From IMG/VR virus record IMGVR_UViG_3300028588_000050, positions 1-38,519 of that record: a stretch of 38,519 bases of DNA; one strand, 5' to 3'. The DNA comes from a virus. Taxonomy: Duplodnaviria; Caudoviricetes. The notes below the pieces were generated by a model. The model made no database searches. It was given only the letters and a program-made list of their open reading frames with translations, and was not told where the DNA came from. Positions 1 through 8,139 of this stretch are shown in pieces (the stretch's first letter is position 1; each line of letters begins with the position of its first letter). The translations under genes and the position numbers were made by a program.

Positions 1-57
1 AAATACCAAATCAACCCGGACCACGCAGCCGGATACCTCCGCCTCCATCGCGGGTGA
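1..57 (+). CDS. 3' end of an upstream gene (partial, ...KYQINPDHAAGYLRLHRG*)
   Basis: Frame 1 is open from base 1 to TGA at 55-57, followed by a promoter region. Confidence 0.35.
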   Translation, partial: KYQINPDHAAGYLRLHRG

Positions 58-83
58 GAAAAATGGGGGGGGGGAAATAGGCG

Positions 84-112
84 TTGACGAACGTTCGCAA
101 CGTTTATAGAAG
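84..112 (+). promoter_or_regulatory. Putative sigma70 promoter with operator-like repeat in the spacer
   Basis: TTGACG-17 nt-TAGAAG; spacer holds AACGTT-cgc-AACGTT (90-104). Confidence 0.55.
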
Positions 113-137
113 GGGGCATCAACTAGGGAGATGCGAG

Positions 138-326
138 ATGACCACCGACATGATGAACGCAATGGCAGCACGGGTTAAGGCAAAGCGTGAGGCTGCTGGG
201 CTCGGGCTTAACGTCCGGTTCGTGGGCCTTGATGGCCGGAACGACGAATATTCGTTTGCTACCCCCGAGAAGGCCAATGCGTTTCGCGCCAAGCTGGTTG
301 CTCAGGGTCGTGAGGTGATCGCGTGA
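138..326 (+). CDS. Hypothetical protein
   Basis: ATG at 138 after AGGGAG RBS; GTGA overlap with next gene. Confidence 0.8.
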   Translation: MTTDMMNAMAARVKAKREAAGLGLNVRFVGLDGRNDEYSFATPEKANAFRAKLVAQGREVIA

Positions 327-556
327 TCAAGAGAAACTGGAACGTTAGCCAAGAGCATAGTGAGGCGGCTGAAGGTTGCCTTGCTATCGCCAATTCAGTC
401 GGAATGTCCTTTGTGGAAGGTTCCGGAGGCTGGGACGATGAAATTGTAAAGCTTGCCGAGCAATGCTTTTTTGACAAAAGCGATATTAGGCAAAGGCCAT
501 TGAGGGTAGCGCGGGAAATAACTAGAATGCTCGATGATATGGTGAAGAACCCATGA
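323..556 (+). CDS. Hypothetical protein
   Basis: Coupled at both ends (GTGA and ATGA overlaps); GAGG RBS. Confidence 0.75.
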   Translation: MIKRNWNVSQEHSEAAEGCLAIANSVGMSFVEGSGGWDDEIVKLAEQCFFDKSDIRQRPLRVAREITRMLDDMVKNP

Positions 557-1125
557 GGGTCTTGGTAGCATGCGAGTATTCCGCCACGGTGCGGGATGCG
601 TTTCGCGCTCGGGGGCATGATGCTTGGTCGTGTGACCTGTTGCCGACTGAGGGTGATCCTAGGTGGCATTTTCAGGGTGACGTGCTGGGATATGCTGGAA
701 GCCCGCGCTGGGGCTGGGATTTGCTGATAGCTCATCCCCCCTGCACTGATCTTGCCGTCAGCGGTGCCCGTCACTTCGCAGAGAAGATTGCAGACGGGCG
801 TCAACAGCGGGCACTGGATTTTGTACAGGCTTTGATGGACGCACCCATCCCGCGCATTGCCCTCGAAAACCCCGTCTCGGTCATCAGCAGCAAGATCCGC
901 AAGCCAGACCAGATCATCCAGCCATGGCAGTTCGGGCATGGCGAGACCAAGGCGACGTGTCTGTGGCTGAAGAACCTGCCCAAGCTGGCTCCTACGGATA
1001 TTGTTGAGGGGCGTTCGGATCGCATTCACAAGATGCCACCGGGGCCAAACCGGTGGAAGGAGCGGTCTAGGACGTACCAAGGGATTGCGGACGCAATGGC
1101 AGCACAGTGGGGAGACTACGCATGA
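553..1125 (+). CDS. Short phage-type DNA cytosine-C5 methyltransferase
   Basis: N-terminal MRVLVACEYSATVRDAF SAM-binding region, catalytic HPPC (motif IV), ENP (motif VI), C-terminal RSRTYQGIADAMAAQW. Confidence 0.85.
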   Translation: MRVLVACEYSATVRDAFRARGHDAWSCDLLPTEGDPRWHFQGDVLGYAGSPRWGWDLLIAHPPCTDLAVSGARHFAEKIADGRQQRALDFVQALMDAPIPRIALENPVSVISSKIRKPDQIIQPWQFGHGETKATCLWLKNLPKLAPTDIVEGRSDRIHKMPPGPNRWKERSRTYQGIADAMAAQWGDYA

Positions 1126-1304
1126 CCGCCCAGACAACCACGCAGCGCACGGCCAAGCATCGGCTGGCGGTGAAGGAGAGAATGGCGCGGATGACGGAAG
1201 CGCTCACCGAGATTGCCGAGTGTCATCCTGGATGGATTGCGGACAACCCAGAATGGGCGATTGAGATTGCTCAGAAGGCCCTAGAGGGTTCCGCGACTAC
1301 CTAG
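1122..1304 (+). CDS. Hypothetical protein
   Basis: ATGA overlap with MTase stop; GGAG RBS. Confidence 0.7.
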   Translation: MTAQTTTQRTAKHRLAVKERMARMTEALTEIAECHPGWIADNPEWAIEIAQKALEGSATT

Positions 1305-1398
1305 AATGCCCGCAACCCTACTCAGCGGGGCTTAAAACCGGCCTAGCGGTATATCTAGGCCCCCAACCCGCCCGTATGTTCATGAATGGAGATGTGAG

Positions 1399-1557
1399 AT
1401 GAGCACGAAGGAAACTATACCTCTGACCATATACGGGCAGGATGGTAAGCTTGACACGCTGCGGGTGAAGGCCACGCGATCCAACAAGGATCTGGCTGAG
1501 TGGCTGCGTAAGTTCGATCGTTACGAGGGTGTTGGTATTCCCAAGCCTTTGCCATGA
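1399..1557 (+). CDS. Hypothetical 52-aa protein (MSTKETIPLTIYGQDGKLD...)
   Basis: Hand-translated; GGAGATGTGAG leader; ATGA overlap with next gene. Confidence 0.7.
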   Translation: MSTKETIPLTIYGQDGKLDTLRVKATRSNKDLAEWLRKFDRYEGVGIPKPLP

Positions 1558-1868
1558 CCCACACCCAAGCCGCCAACGACCGATACGCACAGCTCCTCGC
1601 GCTATCTCGCATGGGGGCCAACAGGGACGAAGCAGCGCGGTCGGTGGGTATGTCGCACAAGGGTATGGATGGACTGTTGCGGCGTAGGATGGGATCGGAT
1701 GCTTGGCCGGTTGACCCAGCAGGGCATGATCCAGAAAAAACATATTGCTTTAGAGGTCACGTTTTTGATCGCGTAAAGCCTACTGGCCAAATGGCTTGCA
1801 GGACTTGTGACCGGATGTACGCTGCTAAACGTCGGGACACACAAAAAATCCGGGGAGCGTCAGCTTAG
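1554..1868 (+). CDS. HTH protein with C-terminal CxxGH...CxxC zinc module
   Basis: RDEAARSVGMSHKGMDGLLRR helix-turn-helix; KTYCFRGHVF...ACRTC resembles the zinc module found on phage HNH proteins. Confidence 0.7.
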   Translation: MTHTQAANDRYAQLLALSRMGANRDEAARSVGMSHKGMDGLLRRRMGSDAWPVDPAGHDPEKTYCFRGHVFDRVKPTGQMACRTCDRMYAAKRRDTQKIRGASA

Positions 1869-1975
1869 GGAGAAGCCGCTCAACCCGGATCATTGGCGCC
1901 GTCGATGGAGATGAAACATCGCGACGCTGGACATATACCGTTGTTGGGTGTACGAACGCAATAGGGAGATTTGAG

Positions 1976-2167
1976 ATGGATGTTGACGCAGCAAACTTGG
2001 AAATTAGCACGGAACTCCGGCTCAAGCTGGAAGCCGCGATCGACAAGACCGAATACAAGTATTTTGGCGATTACGAATTTAGCGAGGAACAGCGCGCAGC
2101 CGTCGACCTGTTGGTGGAATTCGTGGCAGCGGTCTTGGTCACCTCTCCCGCTGTTAGGGAGATTTGA
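1976..2167 (+). CDS. Hypothetical protein
   Basis: AGGGAG RBS; directly precedes next ATG. Confidence 0.75.
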   Translation: MDVDAANLEISTELRLKLEAAIDKTEYKYFGDYEFSEEQRAAVDLLVEFVAAVLVTSPAVREI

Positions 2168-2168
2168 G

Positions 2169-2651
2169 ATGGAATTCGGACCTGAGATTAAAGTTGATGG
2201 GGTTATTCCTGAGTGGTTAAAGGATCATGAAATCGTGCCCATTCGCGATCACTACGCCACCAGGGGGCTATGGCAGGGAAATACCCCCGTTCGCGCCGAT
2301 GCCACTTACTGGCCATATATTCGCGCCATCCGTCTCCCCGCCAACCACCCCCACTACACTACCCCCACCCCAGATGAGCGGGCTGTGGCGCCTGAGTTGG
2401 CGGAGAGGATGCGGGCTTTGGTGATGGCGATGGCGAGCGAGCATCATGAGCGCCGTGGTGCTGATTACGCCGAAGCCCGCGCAATCGTTGCCGCTTTGGA
2501 GCCGGTGTATGGGGATTTGGTGGAAGCCAATCGGATCTGCGCAGACATAATCTGGACATGGACCAACCGTGAGAACATGTGCAAACAACTTGATGACGCC
2601 GTTCTAAAGGCCATCAAGCGCGGTCGCCAACTCGAAAAGGAGGGCAAGTGA
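2169..2651 (+). CDS. Hypothetical protein (MEFGPEIKVDG...)
   Basis: ATG at 2169 after AGGGAG RBS, inside ORF 1971..2651. Confidence 0.8.
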   Translation: MEFGPEIKVDGVIPEWLKDHEIVPIRDHYATRGLWQGNTPVRADATYWPYIRAIRLPANHPHYTTPTPDERAVAPELAERMRALVMAMASEHHERRGADYAEARAIVAALEPVYGDLVEANRICADIIWTWTNRENMCKQLDDAVLKAIKRGRQLEKEGK

Positions 2652-2767
2652 TGCTCAAGCGTGTTCTATTCATCGGCGTGCTCCTGCTGTGCGGCACCCC
2701 CGCCATCGCCAAGGATCGCGTCACTTGCGGGCGTGGTGGCTGTCATGAGGGGATTCGGCCGTGGTAG
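2651..2767 (+). CDS. 38-aa secreted peptide precursor (MLKRVLFIGVLLLCGTPAIA/KDRVTCGRGGCHEGIRPW)
   Basis: Hand-translated; GGAGG RBS 7 nt upstream; basic n-region, hydrophobic h-region, P-A-I-A signal peptidase I site. Confidence 0.75.
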   Translation: MLKRVLFIGVLLLCGTPAIAKDRVTCGRGGCHEGIRPW

Positions 2768-2836
2768 GCATGGGCGTCTTGTTGATCTGGTTCGGCGTAA
2801 AGAACCTTGTGTATTTCAACAGGCGTTACCGCCCAC

Positions 2837-2865
2837 TTGATGCTTCGGGCGTTTGGGGTTAAGTG
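2837..2865 (+). promoter_or_regulatory. Putative promoter of packaging operon
   Basis: TTGATG-17 nt-TAAGTG upstream of terS GAGG RBS. Confidence 0.35.
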
Positions 2866-2890
2866 ATCTTGTTCTCAACATTGAGGTGTT

Positions 2891-3175
2891 ATGGCGTTCG
2901 TTAAAGGACAATCAGGCAACCCAGGCGGGCGACCAAAGGCAGTAATGCCCGATGGTCGCACGTTGTCTGAGGCAGCTCGCGAGCATTCGCCGGAAGCATT
3001 GCGGGTGCTGGTGGATGCTCTTAGCAATCCAGATACAGCATTGGCAGCGGCCAAGGAAATACTTGATCGAGGTTTCGGGCGTCCGGCGCAAGCAGTCGAG
3101 ATCACTGGTGAAGATGGCGGTCCGGTTCAGGTCACGCGGATTGAGTTGGTGGCCCAGCCGATTAATAACGACTGA
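2891..3175 (+). CDS. terS: Terminase small subunit (DUF5681-like)
   Basis: FVKGQSGNPGGRPK N-terminus, EILDRGFGRP and EITGEDGGPV motifs; immediately upstream of terL. Confidence 0.85.
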   Translation: MAFVKGQSGNPGGRPKAVMPDGRTLSEAAREHSPEALRVLVDALSNPDTALAAAKEILDRGFGRPAQAVEITGEDGGPVQVTRIELVAQPINND

Positions 3176-3177
3176 AG

Positions 3178-4479
3178 ATGACAACTGCCCAAGTCATCTT
3201 GCCACCTAAGCTAATTCCGCTATTCAGCGGCCCCGCGCGCTATCGTGTGGCATATGGTGGGCGCGGCAGTTCCAAGACCGTCAGCTTTGCCAAGATGACA
3301 GCGGTCCGCGCGTTCATGTGGAGCGAGGCTGGTGAGCGTGGCGTAATAGTATGTGCGCGCGAATTCATGAACAGCCTAGACGATTCGTCTATGGCTGAAA
3401 TCAAAGCCGCTATTCGTTCAGAGCCGTGGCTGGATGCTGCTTTCGATATTGGCGAAAAGTACATTCGCACCAAGAACGGCTGCATCGAATACAAGTTCAG
3501 CGGCCTGGATCGTAACATCGAGAGCATTAAGTCGAAAGCCAAGATCAAGATCCTATGGGTGGACGAGGCCGAGCCCGTTTCGGAGCGTGCTTGGCGTATT
3601 GCTATCCCGTCCGTCCGTGAGCATGACTCAGAGATTTGGATTACTTACAATCCCGAGCGCGAGATTAGCGCGACGCATAAGCGTTTCCGCGAGAAGCCGC
3701 CGCATGATTGCAAGTCTGTCGAGATCAACTGGAAGGACAACCCGTTCTTCCCAGAGGTGCTGAACAAGGAGCGCCTAAGCGATCTAGAGAACCGACCAGA
3801 GAGCTATGAGCATATCTGGGAAGGCGGTTTCGTGCAGGCGCAGGAAGGGGCCTATTTCGCGCCTCATCTCCTGAAAGCTAGGCAGGAAGGCCGTATCGGC
3901 ATGGTAGCCGAAGACCCCAACCTCATCATTCGCCTGTTCGCAGACATCGGCGGCACGGGTGCCAAGGCGGATAACTTCGTGTTTTGGGCAGCGCAGTTCG
4001 TGGGCACGGAAATACGCTGGATCAACCACTACGAAAGCCAAGGTCAGCCTATCGGTGCGCACCTCGCCTGGATGCGCTCACAGGGCTACACAGAGGACCG
4101 CTGCAAGATCTGGCTACCTCACGACGGCGACACGCAGGAGAAGGTCATAGACACCTCTTACCGTCGCGCGTTCGAGGATGCGGGCTATCCGGTGGAGGTG
4201 GTGCCTAATCAGGGCAAGGGCGCCGCCATGCAGCGTGTTGAGCGTGGGCGCGTGTTGTTCAGTCGTATGCGGTTCGATGAGGTAAAGTGTGACGCCGGGT
4301 TAAAGGCGCTGGGCTGGTATCATGAGAAGCGGGATGACAAGAGGGGGATTGGGTTAGGGCCTGAGCACGACTTTTCGTCACATTCTGCCGACGCATGGGG
4401 CACGGGCTGTGTCGCCTACGAAGAACCACGCAAGACCGCGCCTATGGATCTTTCGCGTTTGAGAAGGGGAGTTGTTTGA
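3178..4479 (+). CDS. terL: Terminase large subunit (PBSX-type)
   Basis: Walker A YGGRGSSKT, Walker B WVDEAE, ITYNP motif, C-terminal RNase H-like nuclease (DIG...D, HSADA). Confidence 0.96.
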   Translation: MTTAQVILPPKLIPLFSGPARYRVAYGGRGSSKTVSFAKMTAVRAFMWSEAGERGVIVCAREFMNSLDDSSMAEIKAAIRSEPWLDAAFDIGEKYIRTKNGCIEYKFSGLDRNIESIKSKAKIKILWVDEAEPVSERAWRIAIPSVREHDSEIWITYNPEREISATHKRFREKPPHDCKSVEINWKDNPFFPEVLNKERLSDLENRPESYEHIWEGGFVQAQEGAYFAPHLLKARQEGRIGMVAEDPNLIIRLFADIGGTGAKADNFVFWAAQFVGTEIRWINHYESQGQPIGAHLAWMRSQGYTEDRCKIWLPHDGDTQEKVIDTSYRRAFEDAGYPVEVVPNQGKGAAMQRVERGRVLFSRMRFDEVKCDAGLKALGWYHEKRDDKRGIGLGPEHDFSSHSADAWGTGCVAYEEPRKTAPMDLSRLRRGVV

Positions 4480-4480
4480 G

Positions 4481-4663
4481 ATGGGTAGAATATTGGATGC
4501 TATTTTTGGCAAGAGATATGTTGTGGGTTGGCCTCGTGGGGTAAAGCCAGTTGTTACGGGGCTTGATAGAATCAAACGGGAAAATCCAGAAGTGTGGGAA
4601 GAAATACGACAAGAGCCCTGTGGTGTGGGTTTGGCTAGGCTGCGTGAGCTAGGTTTGCTGTAA
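4481..4663 (+). CDS. Hypothetical protein inserted between terL and portal
   Basis: GGGGAG RBS, ATG 1 nt after terL stop; lower GC than flanks. Confidence 0.65.
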   Translation: MGRILDAIFGKRYVVGWPRGVKPVVTGLDRIKRENPEVWEEIRQEPCGVGLARLRELGLL

Positions 4664-4729
4664 ACCCCAAGTAGATGGCTCGCCATCTTTATGCTAAACG
4701 GACAGTAACGCCCCCGGAGCCTGACGCCC

Positions 4730-6874
4730 ATGATCGACCCCACCACCATCCCAGACGGCCTGCTGTCCTACCTCCAGAGCGAGGAATCACGGTCTCACGA
4801 CGCATCGCTGAACGAGGACCGCAAGATCGCGCTGGACTTCTACCACGGGCGCCCGTTCGGTGATGAGATGGACGGACGTTCGCAGCTTGTGACGCGCGAC
4901 GTGGCCGAAGTGGTGGACGCCATGACGGTTGCGATCATGCGGACGGTGGTGTCGGACAAGGTGGTTGAGTTCGAGGCGCGGGAGATGATGGATCTGCCCG
5001 AGCAGACGCCGGAGCAGGATCCCGAGGCTTGGCGTCGTTCGGTGCAGGAGGCTTCCAAGCGTGCTCAGGACCGCGCACAGGACGCAACGGCGCTTGTGGC
5101 GTGGCAGTTCATGCGGGCGCAGTCGGGGTATCGTATCGCGCATGATTGCCTGAAGGCGGGGCTGCTGGAGAAGACCGGCGTGTTCAAGACGTGGGCCGAG
5201 CCTACGTTTGAGATGGTCGAGGGTGAGGCCACGGGGGCAGAGGTGGACGCCGATGAAACGATCGTTGCGTCTGAGCCGATTCCTGACACCGAATTCATGG
5301 GGCTGGACGGGATGCCGGACCAGCTTTACGCCGTCCGTCGCCGCGTACAGGGCAAGACCAAGTACCGCGACGAAGCAGTCCCCAACGAGGAATTCCGTTT
5401 CTCTCCCGAAGCGCGCGAGCTGGACGATGCCGCGTATATCCAGCATCGTACCCGTTGCACGCTGTCGGCGTTGATGAAGGACCACGGCATCACGCAGGCC
5501 GAAGCGGAGGTGCTGTGGGACGATAGCAACGACACGCAGAGCCTGTCGGATGCACGTGACGAGGGCCGGGAGCGCAAGGACAGCGAGACGTCCTATGGCC
5601 AAGGCATCAACCGGCAGGTGTGGCGCAAGGAAGAGTACACGCGCTGGGACATGGGCGACGGCAGCGACACGCTGATTTGTGTGCATCGCGTCGGCAATAC
5701 CGTGCTGTCCATTCAAGAGGTCGAGGAACAGCCGTTCGTCATCTGGTGCCCGTTCCCGATGCATCACCGCATCGTCGGGCAGTCGCTTGCTGACAAGACC
5801 ATGGACATTCAGCGGGTGCGGTCCGTGCTGCTGCGTCAGGCTATGGACGCGCTGTATTTCGCCAACGCGCCACGCCCTTACATCGACATGTCGCAGTGTG
5901 ACGAGAACACGATTGACGACGTGCTGTCGATCGTGCCGGGTTCGCCTATCCGTGGGCGTGGGCCTAACTCCGTGCAGTTCATGACGCAGCCGTTTGCGGC
6001 GCCGCATGCGTTTACCGCACTGGAGTTTATGACAGGTGAGCGTGAATCTAGGACCGGAGTTACCCGGCATAATCAAGGGCTTAACAGTGATACGTTGAAC
6101 TCGACTGCCACCGGCTACAAGATCCAGGTCGAGCAGGGCGCGCAGTGGGAGGAATACGTCGCGCGCAACTATGCCGAGGCGTTGGCGGAACTGTTCGAGA
6201 AGAAGCTGCGGCTGATGAAGCGTTACGGGGCGATCGAGCCTATCCGCACTGGTGGCGAGTTCAAGCAGATCGATGCGTCGTCGTTCGAGTCTGAGATGGA
6301 CATGACCATTCGCGTTGGGCTGGGCACGGGGCGCAAGGACGCTCGCTTGCAGGCGCGTATGTTCGTGCTGGAGCAGCAGAAGGAAGCCAAGATGGCCGGT
6401 TCGCCGCTGGTGGATGATGACAAGATCTACAACAGCATGGCGGGGATCATCACCGACAGCGCGTTGGGCGATCCGAATATGTATGTGAATGACCCGGCGC
6501 AGTCTGGTGTTGAGGCGCAGGGGGAGCAGAAGGATCCGGCCACGATCGAGGCTGAGGGCAAGGTTGCGATTGAGCAGCAGAAACTAGCGATGCAGAAGGA
6601 ATCCGCCGACGCTGCGGTGCAGTTGAAGCGTGACGAGGCTGCGGCAACGATTGATGCCATGCGCGAACGTCACCGGCTGGAAATGGACCAGAAGCGCGAG
6701 GCTGCACAGCTTGAAAGCGATCTGGCCTATGACAAGGCTGAAGCCGAGGTGGCGATTGCACGTTATCGGATCGACAAGGAGGCGGACGTCAAGGCTTATG
6801 CTGCCTCGTTCGCCGGTTCCAGCGATGACAATGACCTTGGTGTAAACCGTGAAGGCGGCGCACTCGACGCCTAG
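4730..6874 (+). CDS. Portal protein (P22-like, with C-terminal coiled-coil barrel)
   Basis: 714 aa after terL; ALDFYHG...GRSQLV.RDV.EVVD N-terminus, RESRTGVTR.NQG motif, long Q/E/K/A coiled-coil tail. Confidence 0.93.
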   Translation: MIDPTTIPDGLLSYLQSEESRSHDASLNEDRKIALDFYHGRPFGDEMDGRSQLVTRDVAEVVDAMTVAIMRTVVSDKVVEFEAREMMDLPEQTPEQDPEAWRRSVQEASKRAQDRAQDATALVAWQFMRAQSGYRIAHDCLKAGLLEKTGVFKTWAEPTFEMVEGEATGAEVDADETIVASEPIPDTEFMGLDGMPDQLYAVRRRVQGKTKYRDEAVPNEEFRFSPEARELDDAAYIQHRTRCTLSALMKDHGITQAEAEVLWDDSNDTQSLSDARDEGRERKDSETSYGQGINRQVWRKEEYTRWDMGDGSDTLICVHRVGNTVLSIQEVEEQPFVIWCPFPMHHRIVGQSLADKTMDIQRVRSVLLRQAMDALYFANAPRPYIDMSQCDENTIDDVLSIVPGSPIRGRGPNSVQFMTQPFAAPHAFTALEFMTGERESRTGVTRHNQGLNSDTLNSTATGYKIQVEQGAQWEEYVARNYAEALAELFEKKLRLMKRYGAIEPIRTGGEFKQIDASSFESEMDMTIRVGLGTGRKDARLQARMFVLEQQKEAKMAGSPLVDDDKIYNSMAGIITDSALGDPNMYVNDPAQSGVEAQGEQKDPATIEAEGKVAIEQQKLAMQKESADAAVQLKRDEAAATIDAMRERHRLEMDQKREAAQLESDLAYDKAEAEVAIARYRIDKEADVKAYAASFAGSSDDNDLGVNREGGALDA

Positions 6875-6880
6875 CAACCC

Positions 6881-6909
6881 TTGACAACCCCACCCAATAG
6901 GCGGACTAT
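6881..6909 (+). promoter_or_regulatory. Putative sigma70 promoter of inserted small genes
   Basis: TTGACA-17 nt-GACTAT just after portal stop. Confidence 0.55.
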
Positions 6910-6985
6910 CCATCCACGGCCTCTAACCTGAGAGGGGGTGATAGTTCGCCTAGGTGTGAGTGTTACCAGGATAAGGAGAACCGAG

Positions 6986-7132
6986 ATGATGACCGAAGAA
7001 ATGCAACTCCGCCAGTGGGCAGTCGCTACGGCGGTTGAGATGGGCGTATCGCTCGCGGATCTGTTCACCGAAGCCGATAAGCTGGTTGATTATGTTATGG
7101 GGCTTAGTACGGCTGGCCGTAACGACGATTGA
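6986..7132 (+). CDS. Hypothetical small helical protein (MMTEEMQLRQWAV...)
   Basis: AAGGAG RBS. Confidence 0.7.
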   Translation: MMTEEMQLRQWAVATAVEMGVSLADLFTEADKLVDYVMGLSTAGRNDD

Positions 7133-7149
7133 GACAGGGAGATGGTGAG

Positions 7150-7380
7150 ATGGCTAGTTTAATTGAACATTTTAAAGCTGCAATCGTGAGGGGTGATGTT
7201 GACCCTATGTCATGGGAGCGCACGACTTTTGCGGATCCAGTTGTTGAGGCCCTGTATCAAGCGGGAAAAGATAATTGCTTCGACGGCATGACCACGCTGG
7301 ACGCAATGTCCGACCCAGAGGAGATCGTTGCCATCGTTCGTGCCGCCATTGCTCAATACGCAGAAGACCTATCAGCATGA
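7150..7380 (+). CDS. Hypothetical protein
   Basis: AGGGAG RBS; ATGA overlap with next gene. Confidence 0.75.
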   Translation: MASLIEHFKAAIVRGDVDPMSWERTTFADPVVEALYQAGKDNCFDGMTTLDAMSDPEEIVAIVRAAIAQYAEDLSA

Positions 7381-7670
7381 CCATAGCCATCCCCGACCCG
7401 CAAGCCGCAGCCAACGCCATGAAGGTGCTTGCACCTGCGTTTGATGAGGTGGACGCGGCGTATCTACAGCAGCTTGCGCAAGTTGCCGCGACCGAGCCCT
7501 GGTCTACGGATAAGATCAAGGCCCTGTCGCGTGCTATGGAGGTGTCCAAGGGCGTTCGGGCGCACATCGCCGCTGTCATTGCTGGCGGCAACATCGCTGA
7601 GGCGCATGACAAGCACACGCGGCAGATCGAGAAGCTTTCGCCTGAGCGTCGGCGGATCTTGGGGCTGTGA
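7377..7670 (+). CDS. Hypothetical head-region protein
   Basis: ATG at 7377 overlapping upstream stop; GC3-rich codons like core genes; helical. Confidence 0.8.
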   Translation: MTIAIPDPQAAANAMKVLAPAFDEVDAAYLQQLAQVAATEPWSTDKIKALSRAMEVSKGVRAHIAAVIAGGNIAEAHDKHTRQIEKLSPERRRILGL

Positions 7671-7813
7671 ACTACGCCGAGGAATGCTACCAGCGCCTAC
7701 TAGCAGCACAAAAAGCCCCCCGCGACACCGTAGCCGACGCCGACGATAGCAAGGAGCGCCAGAGATTGGCGTTGAATGCTAAGATTTGGCGGCGGTTGCC
7801 TCGGGGGGCGTGA
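7667..7813 (+). CDS. Hypothetical 48-aa protein (MNYAEECYQRLL...)
   Basis: Hand-translated; GTGA overlap; fills the gap to the next RBS. Confidence 0.55.
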   Translation: MNYAEECYQRLLAAQKAPRDTVADADDSKERQRLALNAKIWRRLPRGA

Positions 7814-7830
7814 TTTTAGGGAGAAGTGAG

Positions 7831-8007
7831 ATGAGAGAATGTATTCGTAATTTCATCAGAAAACTTAAGCGCGAAGCATTCTCAGGGGATTTGCGCCTAA
7901 TACGGCCTGAGTTTCGTCACCTCTATCGCGGACATATGGGCAGCGTTGGAAACGCTCTGGGTTCTTTATTTCAAGCCTATGAGCGCGGACATCTCAAGAA
8001 GCGTTAG
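7831..8007 (+). CDS. Hypothetical basic protein
   Basis: AGGGAG RBS; followed by terminator. Confidence 0.65.
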   Translation: MRECIRNFIRKLKREAFSGDLRLIRPEFRHLYRGHMGSVGNALGSLFQAYERGHLKKR

Positions 8008-8037
8008 CCAACGGGTCACAATTCCTAGAAACTACCT

Positions 8038-8062
8038 AACCCGCTCCGGCGGGTTTTTCTTT
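8038..8062 (+). terminator. Rho-independent terminator
   Basis: AACCCGC-TCCG-GCGGGTT followed by TTTCTTT. Confidence 0.85.
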
Positions 8063-8139
8063 GCCCGCCGAATACCCGTTGCAGATTCCCAAACATTGGT
8101 GTAATTTCCTTATGTGCCCTGAAAGGGTGCGCCTCTGAG

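Noticed and set aside
1305-1398. Two short inverted repeats (CCCGC/GCGGG and GGCCTAG/CTAGGCC) as terminator or ncRNA
   Set aside because: Short stems with large loops and no U-tract; not distinguishable from chance
2770-2862. 30-aa ORF MGVLLIWFGVKNLVYF...
   Set aside because: Weak RBS and overlaps the probable terS promoter; cannot be supported
4787-6076. 429-aa minus-strand ORF and similar long antisense ORFs (259-1137, 9627-10253, 13906-14640, 22954-23604, 34901-35602)
   Set aside because: Shadow frames of GC3-rich real genes; no motifs or RBS
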